A model generated the notes under the pieces. The model was not told the origin of the DNA. It did no database searches and saw only the letters and a program-made list of their open reading frames with translations. A program made the translations under genes and the position numbers. From the human T2T-CHM13v2.0 reference genome, Homo sapiens, in the NCBI RefSeq assembly GCF_009914755.1, contig NC_060940.1: a DNA stretch of 64,000 bases. One strand, 5' to 3'. Shown piece by piece: positions 1-14,286 of this stretch (position 1 is the stretch's first letter; the number at the start of each line of letters is the position of its first letter).

Positions 1-1561
1 GGTGGAGTACATCGACATGACCACCACTGACCCCAACAAATGCCTCATTTGCCACCGAGTATTAAGCTGCTAAAGCACCCTTTAAATGCATTGCTGCATC
101 CATACTCCAGAGACACCATTCCAATGTAAGATCTGTGGCTGAGCTTTTTCTACCAAAGGCAACCCTTAAGACACACTGGGGTTCACCAACCCAACACGTC
201 CATAAAGGTGCAGCATCTGTGCCTTTTCTATCAGAAGAAGTTCACCGGTGCTGTGATGTTGTGGCAGCATATTCAGATGGACCTGGCCAGTCAGATTCCC
301 AACCTTCCCCTGCCAGAGAATTCCTGTGACTTTATGGGTCCTGAGCCAATGACGGTGGATGAGAATGGCAGCACCAGTGCCATGTGCCATGATGATGTTT
401 TTGAAAGCACCAGTGTAGATGAAGTCAGCTCCCAGAGGCCTCCAGTAGCTCCTCAAAGGTCCCTGTGCCTCTTCCCAGCATGTAGTAGGCATCATCCACA
501 CTAGAGTTCACCAAGATGGGTTCCTTAGATGCCCTGGGAAAAGTGGGTCCTGCCCCTTTTGGCCTGCAGCACTAGAGCAGCAGAGAAAACAGTTCCATGA
601 AGAGCAATAGCTTTGACCAACGACTGGTCCTCACTAATGGGAGACCAGGAGTATCAGAGCTGAAGTCCAGACATCATGGAAGCCACATCCTTCCAGGTAC
701 TCTGCTCGGTCAATGGCCAAGCAGAAAGGATCAGTCAAAGTCTCCTGATGCTGGGGACAAAGCAGAAAGCTCTGAAAACAGCTCTACTAAGATAGAAGGT
801 TGGAGCCATCTCCCTTCAACGTTTATCTGAGCTCAGTCAATCTATGTCACAGTTGAAGTCGCTGGCACATTTGTTGAACCCTCCACATTGTCCCTGGGGA
901 TGACCCCTTTGTCAGTGGCCTAGCCATGCCAACAGGCCAAGCAACACAGCTGCACGTGGTGTGGGAAGAACTTCTTACCCATTAGCTTTCTTCAGATTCA
1001 TGAGCACACTCACACTGGAGAGAAGCCTTTTGCATGCAACATTTGTGGGTAAGCTTTTACCACCAAAGGCAACTGGAAGGTCCACTATGTGACTCAGCAC
1101 GCCATGGTAGGAAGCTGGCTATCGAAAACACCATGGCTCTCTTAGGTGCAGATGGAAAGAGTCTCAAATATTTCCCAGGGAAATTCTGGCCACTTTAGTG
1201 AACATGGGCCCTGTTTTGTGGAACCAGGACACCAGCATGCTCAATGGTGGTCTGGCCAAGAAGACCAATGAGATCTCTGTGATCCAGAGTGGCGGTGTTC
1301 CTACCCTCCTGGTTTCCTTGGGAGTCAGCTTCAATATAAATAACGCCACTGTCTCCAACGCGGATGGCTTCCAATTAGGTATCAGTGCAGATATGGAAAA
1401 AGCAGGTGCTACTGGGAGCATTCCCAAATACCAGTTTTCTCACTTCCTGGAAGAAGATGAGCTTGTGGTCAGCCAAACTCAAGGAGAACTTGCATGGAAG
1501 GAGAAATGCAAACAGAGTGAAATCTCTAGAATCTGCTCTTTTTAATAAGAACTCATATCCT

Positions 1562-1942
<381 letters not shown>

Positions 1943-2443
1943 TCAGGCAAGTCCTACAATCATGATTGTTGCTATGCTGCTTTGCAAAAAATGAGAAAAA
2001 AAAAATTCACACCCAAACAAGTACAGACTAAAATTCTTTTTTTAAATTTTGGAAAGAAGTGGATCTTGCAAAGTAGCTTTGTTACTTGTGACAAACTGTA
2101 TACATAGAATCTTTGTACAACCTAGAGTGACTTTTTCCAAAGACTGTTATCTATTTCAAGGTAGAACCGTTGGACCTTATTGAACCACAGTGGAAAAGAC
2201 AGCTAACTACTTAGCCTGTTGAAGAGAAGGGTATGGATACTTCCCTAATAACTGATGTAGGTAAAAGGACAAGGTCTTCCATCTATTTAGGTATCTGTTT
2301 TATATGTCCCCAACCCTGTCTCCATCTTTTCGTTTGTTTGTTTGAATGTACTTAAGAAACAACAGCAAAAACCTAAGGTTGTGGAATTATAAAATTGCTT
2401 CAGCCTTAGAACCTTAAGTGGGATGCCCTCATATCGACTTTTA

Positions 2444-2664
2444 TTCCCAGGCACATAAAAACACTAATCCTTAAAATTGTATAGAGATGCAAACTGATTT
2501 TCGTGTGTTGATTGGATATCTCACAACTTTGCCGAATTTATTTATTAGCTTCAATATTTGTGTTTGGAATATTTAGGGTTTTCTACATATGAGATCATGT
2601 TATATGTGAACAGTTACTTCTTCCTTTCCAATTTGGATGCCTTTTATTTTGCTTTCCTAATTGC
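2444..2664 (+). repeat. Composite templated insertion (copy of 5785-5819 joined to copy of 4233-4419)
   Basis: Direct comparison by eye: 35 bp with 1 mismatch, then 187 bp with ~7 mismatches. Confidence 0.9.
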
Positions 2665-3233
2665 GAATCAATGTCTGTGTGGCTGCTTATTTAGATACAG
2701 CTCAGTTGGCCCGAGAGTGCCAGTGTCCTCGCCACATCTCCCAGATGCCTTTGTCTTCCTGAACTCCAGAAGATGTGGGCCCTTGAGTGGGGAATCTCAG
2801 GTGACTTAATTTAGTTTGCCAGTGCCTACCCTATTGGAGAACTAGGTTTTCATTCTTGAGAAGAAACTCATGGAAGCGTATTTTCTATTACAAGTTCACA
2901 TATAATTTTTTTGTTTAATTTCCTTAGTGTGGCTTATGCCAAGTAATTATGAAGATTTTTTTTCCTTGAATATTTCATGAAGGCTACAAAGTTGGGACAG
3001 ACAAGTCCTGGGTGTGAAAGCTTTAATTTATCCACCTCATTTATTTTGCATTTTGTGTAGCCATGGTGTCTGTTTTCCTATTCTAAGACCACTGAGGTAT
3101 TCCCAGGCCCTGTCATAAACCTAAAAGTTGATGTATTCGTGGGAAAAATTGGAGGTTCAAGATGTTTTTGTGACTCCTGTTTTTGTAATCTTTTGTACAT
3201 GGAACAATATTGAGCAAATGAAACATTGCTCTA

Positions 3234-3582
<349 letters not shown>

Positions 3583-3921
3583 CTAACTTCTGGGAGAGAA
3601 GTCTTTCCCCTCTCTGTGGAAGGCCCTGATTGAAATGTGGATCCAAGACTGTTAGCCAAAATCTTGCCTGTTAGTTATTTCACCTGACTTGAGGATTCCT
3701 CACCACTTTTTTTTTTTTTTTTTTTTTTGGCCAAGTTGTACCTTTCCTTCTGGAATTGTAAATGAGCACAGCGATAGTACCTGTTTACGCTGTGAAGTGG
3801 ATACTGTTACAGAGAACACACCAGGGCTTTCTCACTATTGAGCTAGTAATGCCCTTGTGAATATATGATCTACAGAGAAACTCCTATAGTTGTACCTGCT
3901 GATGCTGTCTGTCTGTTGGAA

Positions 3922-3927
3922 AATAAA
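3922..3927 (+). terminator. Poly(A) signal inherited from the SALL4 mRNA
   Basis: AATAAA ~25 nt before a short A-tract, where UTR-like sequence ends and L1 sequence begins. Confidence 0.65.
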
Positions 3928-3959
3928 TTTTGAATGTTTATTCCCTCCCCCAAAAAACA

Positions 3960-4572
3960 CTTCTAGGACTTTTGTAAGGATTGCATTGAATCTGTAGATT
4001 GCTTTGAGTAGTATTGTCATCTTAACAATATTAATTCTTCCAATCCATGAACATAGGATTTCTTTGCACTTATTTATGTCTTCTTTAATTTCTTTTAGCA
4101 GTGTTTTGTAATTTTCAGCATACAAGTCTCTCTACTCTTTGGTTAAGTTTATTCCTAAACATGTATTCTTTTTTGATGCTATTTTAAGTGGAATTGTTTT
4201 CTTAATTTCATTTTTAGATTGTTCATTGCTAGTGTATAGAGACGCAAACTGATTTTCGTGTTTTTATTGGATATCTCACAACTTTGCTGAATTTATTTAT
4301 TAGCTTCAATTTTTGTGTGTGGAATATTTAGGGTTTTCTACATGTGAGATCATGTTATATGTGAACAGTTACTTCTTCCTTTCCAATTTGGATGCCTTTT
4401 ATTTTGCTTTCCTAATTGCTCTGGCTAGAACTTCCAATACTGTGTTGAATACAAATGGTGAAATCTGGCATCCTGGTCTGTTTCTAACCTTAGGGGAAAA
4501 GCTTTCAGTCTTTCACCATTAAGTGTGCTGTTGCCTATTGGTTTTTTATATATGACTTTATCACGTTGAGGT
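3960..4572 (-). mobile_element. Old L1 (L1M-type) ORF2 fragment
   Basis: ORF 3835..4125(-) reads [41 protein letters not shown], which is L1 ORF2p. Confidence 0.9.
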
Positions 4573-5392
4573 GACCAGTGGATTTTGTATTGGGAAGACC
4601 ATCACTAATATGAAGTTGGATTCAGAAGTTTACAGCCAATGCTGTTTGAGTATTTTGTTTCCATTGGCACAATAAATGTTCCTGAGGGTTGGAACATGTT
4701 TATTGATGATATGTGAGATGATTTTATGAGGTGCAATAAAACGGGATCAAAAAACATTGGGTCCTATTTTCCCATTGGCAGAATTTAATTTCTCACCCAA
4801 AATTCTTTTTTTAACCTCTCTGATTACATCAATGAGAAGTCTCAGTCTGATGATTCTACATCTTTAACACTTCTCTAGCACTAGGTAACTTTTCACAATG
4901 AGAAAGTAAATTTCAGTTGTAGTACCTTTAGCAAACCACAGTATCTCATTAGATTTTAATGGTGTTGTCTTATTTTATTTGCATTTATTTTTCCTTTTAT
5001 TTCTGGCAAATGATATAGATTTTCACTTATTTATAGCTACAAAATATTATAGATTAGAAATGTAAAGATTTATTTTAAAAATTCAGTATTTTAAATATTC
5101 AAGTAATATACAAGAGAGCTGGCCTTCAAAAAGCTATGCAAATGCATCCATTTGACTAAGGAGTAACTTCCCAGTACCAGGAAGGACATATAAGCAACTT
5201 ATTTTCTCATCAAATGAATGGCACTTTGCACGGGGAATACAGATGTGCAAGGTTCAATTAAATCGATGTGAAATTTGATGATGCCCCACTTTCCCTAAAC
5301 CCAGGGAGGAAGAAAGAGGAAGGTCCTGGAGTAAAAAGCTGTAATTTTTTAACCTTCAGAGTGACAATTCCTACAACCCCTAAGGGAAGGAA

Positions 5393-5607
5393 GAACAGTT
5401 ACTTCTTCCTTTCCAATTTGGATGCCTTTTATTTTGCTTTCCTAATTGCTCTGGCTAGAACTTCCAATACTATGTTGAATACAAACGGTGAAATCTGGCA
5501 TCCTTGTCTGTTTCTAACCTTAGGGGAAAAGCTTTCAGTCTTTCACCATTAAGTGTGCTGTTGCCCATTGGTTTTTTATATATGCCTCCATTTGACTAAG
5601 GGGTAAC
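5393..5607 (+). repeat. Composite templated insertion (copy of L1 4363-4554 joined to copy of 5142-5167)
   Basis: 192 bp with 4 mismatches, then atgcNtccatttgactaaggRgtaac repeated from 5142. Confidence 0.9.
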
Positions 5608-6559
5608 GTGTGTTACGTGTGTCCAGGGGTGAAGATCAGCATTTCTACCACTGTGTCTCAGCAGAGCAATAGCAGTGGCATGGACTAACTGGGCATCTTG
5701 TTACGTCCAGCTAACCTGGAGTGTTGGCCACATCTGCGCATAACCCAGACTTCTTAGTGGTGGCCAAGGTTTCCAGAGAGAGGCTTCCCAGGCACATAAA
5801 AACACTGATCCTTAAAATTTTATCATTCTGAAGTGCAAGCACATTCTTACATTTCGACAAATAATTTGTATCTCCTCTTAATTGCCATATGATTTTTTAA
5901 ATGTTGCAAAGACAGTTTTACATTTAAGGGAGACCTGCAGGCTTCAACTCTATTAGGAAGTATCTGGTGACAAAGGAAAAAAGAACTTCTCCATATATAG
6001 ATGTATTTGTTTGGGGGCTTTCAGCCCCTCCCCACAAAGCGATGTTCCAGGAGCCCCTTATTGAGATAGTAAATAATAGTAGCAGTGAATACAGCAAACA
6101 GTCATGTAGGTGGCATCTGAAAGACCGAAGTTTAAAAAATATGAAGCAGGACCATCTGTTACTATGAGACGAATGCATCAGTCCATCTTATCTTGATGCT
6201 GCTGAACATTTGATTCATGTAACTCCTCTAGTTTGGAGTATCTAATCATCAGATGACCTTTGAATATTACTTGGCTGTTGACAGGGAGAGAAAATACTGG
6301 TCACATGGAGTTAGAGAAATCCAATCTGTGTGATAATGATTTTGCACTGAAAACAATTCAATTAACTTTTTGGTTTTAAACATTAATCTTGAGAACTTGG
6401 GTAATGTGAATCTGCAACTGAAAATGAATCCATTGTGGGTGTGCTGGCAAAATCGAGGATTCAATTTGCAAAGCTGAGGCTTGTATGTGGGACTGCAGGA
6501 TAAGCACCCAGGTAATTACTGGCTTTACCCAGACCTTCATGCGCACTGGCTGGGAGTGA

Positions 6560-6973
<414 letters not shown>

Positions 6974-7035
6974 TAATGTCTCCTAATCCCACCTCCCCAA
7001 AATAACAAATAATAAACTCACTATACAAAATTCTG

Positions 7036-7353
7036 GGCCAGGCACGGTGGCTCACACCTGTAATCCCAGCACTTTGGGAGGACAAGACGGGTGGATCCCC
7101 TGAGGTCAGGAGTTTGATACCAGCCTGGCTAACATGGTGAAACCCTGTCGCTACTAAAAATACAAAAAAATTTAGCCGTGCATGGTGGCACACACCTGTA
7201 ATCCCAGCTACTCAGGAGGCTGAGGCAGGAGAATTGCTGGAACCTGGGAGGCGGAGGTTGCAGTGAACCAAGATTGTGCCATTGTACTCTAGCCTGGTCG
7301 ACAGTGAGACTCCGTCTCAATAAATAAATAAATAAACAAATAAATAAATATAA
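7036..7353 (+). mobile_element. AluS (Sx/Sq-like) with (TAAA)n tail
   Basis: Full dimer; TSD aaaattctg (7027-7035 / 7354-7362). Confidence 0.9.
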
Positions 7354-7517
7354 AAAATTCTGACATATTTAATGGTTCAGGATAGTTACATGATTTGGGG
7401 AAGCTAAGACAGAGTGACCAATTCCACTTGGGTGGAAATTTATCTGGCTTTCTTCAATTCTACATACATTTCTCTATTTACCATATTAGCGGGGTTACAA
7501 GTGAACAACCTTCAAGA

Positions 7518-7670
7518 TTTTTCCCCTTCCCTTTCCTCCCCTCTTCTCTCCTCCTCCCCATCTTTCATCTCCTCTCCCTTCCGTTTCTCCCCTTCTCTCT
7601 CCTTCCTTCCCTTTCCCTCCTCTTTCTTCCATCCTTTCCTTTCTTCTTTTCTCTCTCTTTTGTTTCCCTC
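7518..7670. repeat. CT-rich low-complexity tract
   Basis: Almost pure pyrimidine run. Confidence 0.85.
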
Positions 7671-7809
7671 CACAAATGAGTACGTGCTTTGTATTAGATC
7701 CTGTGCTAGTGGCAAGGGATAAACAATGAAGATAGCCACTAACCTCTTGCAGCGTACAACCCAGTGAGGAGCGAGGGGGAGATACAGATGGGTAGTACTA
7801 CTGATCATT

Positions 7810-8055
7810 GCTAATGTTTATTGAGCAAGTTCTGTGTACCAGGTACCATTCCAAGACCTTTATATGTTTTGCTTCGTCTAGCCCTTACAACACCCCTATG
7901 AGAAAGGTATTCGTTTTATCTAGTTTATAAAGAAACTGAAGCATAGAGAGGTTAAGTAACTTGCCTGAGGTCACACAGCTAGGAGATAGATGCTCTTGGA
8001 CTGGAACTCCAGCAGTCTGTTTCTTGAATCCACACTCTTAAACTCTAACCATATA
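7810..8055 (-). mobile_element. MIR
   Basis: Core GAAACTGAAGCATAGAGAGGTTAAGTAACTTGCCTGAGGTCACACAGCTA. Confidence 0.8.
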
Positions 8056-8640
8056 CAGCATGAAAAGGACCAGAAGAGGAGAAATGCAGGGTTCCGTGGG
8101 ATCTTGGAAGACAGGCACCTTTGTGGTGCCTCTTGGGGTGATGTGGTGCTATTGAGGATGATGGCAAAGTGACTGGAGGAGAGAGTGCCAGAAGTCACAG
8201 GCAAAAGACACAAGGACTTACTGGACAAGAGAAAACCTCATAGGAAGGAGGCTTCCAAGTCCCCATGAAGATTAAGTGCTTACTCTGCTACTGATAATAC
8301 CCTCTGATAGGAGAGAATATCCCATCTGCTCCTCAGAGAAGCCTCCTTTGGCTATCATCATGGGCATCCTGGCCCCTCCTGATGGTTTGAGAGATGCTGC
8401 CCCATTGCTTGACTTTCTACCAAAGGCACGTCCCAGGTGACACCCAGCTCATTCTTGTGTGTTTACAGTAGGGCAAGGTGAACTGTAGGGCAGTTTCCCT
8501 GGAACGATCCCCCCTCCTGCACCCCAGCCAAACCAAGCCTCACACTGCATGAGGAACCTTCCTGCAACCCCTAATGCACTCTTCCTTCCTGGTGGGGAGG
8601 TGGGAGAAGGTGTCTGGAAGACATGATCTCTGAAGGGTGA

Positions 8641-9024
8641 TGTAGTAGTCCGTTCTCATGCTGCTATAAAGATATTACCCAAGACTGGGTAACTTATAAA
8701 CAAAGGAGGTTTAATTGGCTCACAGTTCCACATGGCTGGGGAAGCCTCAGGAGACTTACAATCGTGGCGGAAGGGGAAGCAGGCACCTTCTTCACAAGGC
8801 AGCAGGAGAGAGTGTGAGCACATAGGAAAAAAACTACCGTTTATAAAACCAACAGATCTCATGAGAATTCACTCACTATCCCAAGAACAGCATGGGGAAA
8901 ACCACCCCCATAATCCAATCACTTCCCTTCCTCAACACCTGGGAATTGCAGGTCCCTTCCTTGACACATGGGGATTACAATTTGAGATGAGATTTGGGTG
9001 TGGACACAGAGCCAAACCGTATCA
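8641..9024 (-). mobile_element. MaLR solo LTR (THE1D/MSTA-like)
   Basis: TG...CA termini, THE1/MST body, 5-bp TSD ggtga (8636-8640 / 9025-9029). Confidence 0.9.
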
Positions 9025-9279
9025 GGTGAGTAGGAGTTTATATGTGACAGCAGTGGTAGGGAAAGGAAGAGACAGTGGGGACCATCCGGACCACTGCAAG
9101 TCATTGAGCAGGGATGAGGGTGGAATGAAGCCGAAAAGCAAGATATAAGGCTTGAGGGATAGTCAGAGGCCAGGTGTGCAGGGCCTTGCAAACATGACTC
9201 TGAGTCGACCTCTCTCCTAGGAGCAGTAGACCATTCTGAACACTGTTGGAAAGACCATATATGATTATCGTGACTCACA

Positions 9280-9510
9280 GTATTAAGCATTTCTTATATA
9301 TTAGGGACTGCACTAACGACATACAATAGTTCCTTTATTCCCCACAACAGCTAGTGGTATGGGTTCTATTATTTACCCCGTTTTATAGATGAAGAAACTG
9401 AGGAACTGAGAAATTAAGAAACTTGCTCAAGGCCACTCATCTAGCAAGTGGTGGAGCTCTATTTGAACGTGGAGTTTCTGAATCCAGGGTCTGCACATTT
9501 ACACCTTATG
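9280..9510 (-). mobile_element. MIR
   Basis: TTTTATAGATGAAGAAACTGAGG core. Confidence 0.75.
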
Positions 9511-10049
9511 CGACGTGTCCAAATTGACCGGGATCCACCAAGCTATCGGCAGTTAGAAGTCTCTCTCTTCCAGTGAGCAGTTTTCTGCATGTTTGCCCAG
9601 GTCTCCCTTGTCTTTATCTTGAATGAACTGAGCAGCTGCAAATTCCATCCTTCACAATTCAGTTTCAGAGCGCGTATGACTAAGCCGAGATGAATTCGAG
9701 CTTAATCTTGCATGCCTAACGAAGTTGCAGAGGTATCTCGGAAATTCTCCTGCTTCTATTAGTGAGATAGTGTGTGAGGCTTATTTCCACCGACAGGCAG
9801 TTTTATCATTATTTTTTAAGCAGGGACTTGTCTCAAATAGTTCAGGTGGTGTCAAAAGGAGAGATAACAAACCTCCTAGAATAAAACGTCAGTGCAAGTA
9901 AAAAGCTAAATATCAGTTAGTCCAGCCCCCTCAATGCACAGGAAGGACAGGAATGGTTCCTGCGGCTCTTCCTCTGTACCCTTAGCCATCTGTGGGCAGA
10001 CGGCCCCTCTGGCTAACTAGGGAGCAGTGTGGCATGGGAGATTGGGTTG

Positions 10050-10260
10050 GAGCTTTGGGGACAGGGGGATCTGAGTTTGAATTCTACCTTTGCCAAAGTT
10101 TTGCTAGTTGTGGGACCTTGGGCAAGGGACTTTACCTTCTTGGAATTCAGAATCCCCATCTGTAAAATGGGGTAGGAGAATTGCCTTGCTGGAGGAACTG
10201 TGCAGATTAAGTGCTTACTGCAATGCCTGATACAGAGCAGGCACTCAATAAATAGTAGTG
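10050..10260 (+). mobile_element. MIR
   Basis: GACCTTGGGCAAG...CATCTGTAAAATGGGG core. Confidence 0.75.
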
Positions 10261-11040
10261 TTCTGTTCTTAAATGCAAGCGAGCAGTAGGGAGTAAAACT
10301 CTCTGACCTTGGGGAGCTTATCATCTAGTAGGGAGACAGGACTGCAAACAAATTCACTCATTGCTGGAAAAGAGAAAGACACAGGGTGTTATGGGAACAG
10401 AGAGAAAGGAGAGTCTGAGTCTGCTTGAGAAGTGACAGAAAGGTCTGAATAGGTAACATTTGTCTAGGGCTTTGAAGGATGGGTAGGAGTTCACCATGCA
10501 GGTATCAGAAAAGATTTCCAAGTAAAGGAGGCAGGAAGACAATGATGACAACCAAAATTAGTGATGAAGAAGGAAATCAAGAGTTGCAAACTTCTCAGCA
10601 GGTAGCTCAGCTGGTTGAGCACTGTCCACAGATGTGTTTTCTTTGGCTAGTTTAAAAATTTAAATTTGAATATATGTTCTTTTTATTTCCCTGCAAGCTC
10701 CATCATTCCTTTTACCTTATGCCTGACCTGGTTCACACCTTTCTGTTACCTGTCCAATGTCAGAGGCATTTGAGTTTCAAATCCTTAAGAACATAGTAGT
10801 GAAAAGCACTGTCTTTGGTAAAAAGAGACCTAGATTTGAGTTCCAACTTCTCCATAGATTTATGTAAAACACACGACATCATGGTAGCATTTGTACCTAC
10901 CCAGTGTGTGTTGTGGTAAGATGGAAAAGAAAGTACCTGACTTTAAATTTCGCACCAAAAGCCTTTATGCTTTATGGTGGTTTTGGTGAATTCCAAGCTT
11001 TTAGGCTAATTTTGTGTCTCACTCCTAAATTCTCAGCATG

Positions 11041-11790
11041 TGTGTTAGTTCAGGTCTTCTGAGAAGTAGATGCTGAGTTGGGATAAGAGGTGTATTATGG
11101 ACTGAATGGTTACATCCCTGCAAAATTCATGTGTTAAAACCCTAACCTCTATCTAGGCTGATGATATCAGGAAGTGGGGCTTTTGGGAGGTGATTAGGTC
11201 ATAAAAATGGAACCCTTATGAATGGGATTAGTGCTGTTTTAAAAGGGATTTCAGAGAGCTCACTCATCCTCTTTCTTTCACATAAGGGTGCAATGAAAAG
11301 TTGGCTGTTCTGTAAGGAGGAGGCTGGAAGCCCTCAGAACTGAGAAATAAATGTATGTTGTTTAAGCCGCCCAGTGTTAGGTACTCTGTGATAGCAGCCT
11401 GAAGTTAGATGAGATACGAGAGGTTTATTTTAGGAAATGCCTGTGAAGAATAAAGGGGAGAGAGTAGAAGTGATCAGGGAGAGACTTCAACTGTGATGCA
11501 GGTTTGACACCTGTGAAAGAAGAGAGGGAAGGATGTATTGGATAGGAAGAGTCTCAGATCATAGTGCAGCTCTGGAGTCTCTACCAGGCTAACGGGGACA
11601 CCCAGAGCAGACACTGTCCATTAGAGAAATCCTGCAGCCACAGGAATGGCTCTGATCCAGGATGCCCCTCACCCTCCCTTCTCCCAGTCCTCAGTCATTG
11701 GCAAAGAATAGCCCAGCAGAAGCATGACCCGGCATGAATGCAGCCATAGATAGATCTGGCCAGGACACTTCCATGGTTGCTGCAGCAAGT
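11041..11790. mobile_element. ERVL LTR16-like solo LTR interrupted by a MaLR LTR
   Basis: LTR16-like motifs (GAGAAGTAGATGCTGAG; TGATGCAGGTTTGACACCTGTGAAAG) on both sides of 11093-11417. Confidence 0.6.
11093..11417 (+). mobile_element. MaLR LTR (MLT1A/MSTD-like), nested
   Basis: ATGGACTGAATG..AAATTCATGTGTTAAAACCCTAACC...AGAACTGAGAAATAAATG. Confidence 0.75.
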
Positions 11791-11882
11791 TCGGTAAATC
11801 CTTGTTCAATATTATTAAATCATCTTTGCAAGCTGTAGGCTCAATGTGCTGATGCTTCAGCACAGAATGCATTTATCAGCAT

Positions 11883-12272
11883 TGTTACAGGCTGAGCTGT
11901 GTCTCTCCAAAATTCATATGTTGAACTCCTAACCCCCGTTCCTCAGAATGTGACTGTGTTTAAAGATGGTCTTTAAAGAGGTAATTAAGATAAAATGAGG
12001 CCAGTAGGGTGGTGGGCCCTAACCCTCATAAGGATGGGTGTCCTTATAAGAAGAGAACATTTGGGGACAGACATGTACAAAGGAAAGACAATGGGAAGAT
12101 AGAGGGAGAAGATGGCTATTTTCAAGTCAAGGAAAGAGGTCTGAGAAGAACAACTCTGCCGTCACCTTGATCTTGGACTTACAGCCTTCCAAAATGTAAG
12201 GAAATAAATTTCTGTTGTTTAAGCTACCGAGCTCATGGTACTTTGATATGATGGCCCGAAGAGATTGGATAC
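11883..12272 (+). mobile_element. MaLR LTR (MLT1B-like)
   Basis: TGTTACAGGCTGAGCTGTGTC..AAATTCATATGTTGAA...AAATAAATTTCTGTTGTTTAAGC. Confidence 0.8.
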
Positions 12273-12390
12273 AAACATCTAGCTAGATCATGGTATCCAC
12301 GGGAATATAGAGGTGGGTTGCTGCTCTTTAATAACAGATTACTAATTTTGCTAATAAAAAAATCCATTTATCACCCATGGGCCCTTACCG

Positions 12391-13158
<768 letters not shown>

Positions 13159-13520
13159 CATGTATTATGTCATTTAATTCTCCATCAATCTTATACAGTA
13201 AGTAGAACTAATACAGGTGGGAAAATGTGAGGTTCAGAGAGGTTAAGTGACTTGCCCAAGTTCACCCATCTGCTATGCCATCAAGCCAGGATTTGAGTTG
13301 GGCGTTTAGCTCCAGAATCTCCATGTTTAAGCAATCTTTTACATTGTTTGATGAAGGAAGGAATCCAAACAGGGTCACCCTCCACTCCTGCTCAAGAAAC
13401 CACAGATCTTAATTTCTATCACGTTAGCTTAGTTTTGCCTCTACTATAAGTTCATATAAATGGGATCAGATAAAATGCAATAGTCTTGTGTCTGGCCTCC
13501 TTTACTCAATGTAATGTTTT

Positions 13521-13932
<412 letters not shown>

Positions 13933-13939
13933 GATTCAT

Positions 13940-14286
13940 TGGTATGGTTTGGCGCTGTGTCCCCACCCAAATCTTACATTGAAGTTTAATAATCCCCACG
14001 TGTCATGGGAGGGACCTGGTGGGAAGTAACTGGAATCATGAGGGTGGGTTTTTCCTGTCCTGTTTTTGTGATAGTAAGTCTCATGAGATCTGATGGTTTT
14101 GTAAAGGGGAGTTCCTCTGCACATGCACTCTTGCCTGCTGCCATGTAAAATGTGTCTTGCTTCCCCTTCACCTTCCACCATGATTGTGAGGCCTCCCCAG
14201 CCATGTGGAACTGTGAGTCAACTAAACTTCTTTCCTTTATAAATTACCCAGTCTTGGGTATGTCGTTATTAGCAGTGACTAATACA
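13940..14286 (+). mobile_element. THE1 solo LTR
   Basis: TGGTATGGTTTGG..CCCCACCCAAATC...GACTAATACA; TSD ttcat (13935-13939 / 14287-14291). Confidence 0.9.

Noticed and set aside
1198-1545. 115-aa ORF matching the SALL4 C-terminus with stop read-through
   Set aside because: Residual frame of a disabled pseudogene; contains no zinc finger and there is no evidence of expression
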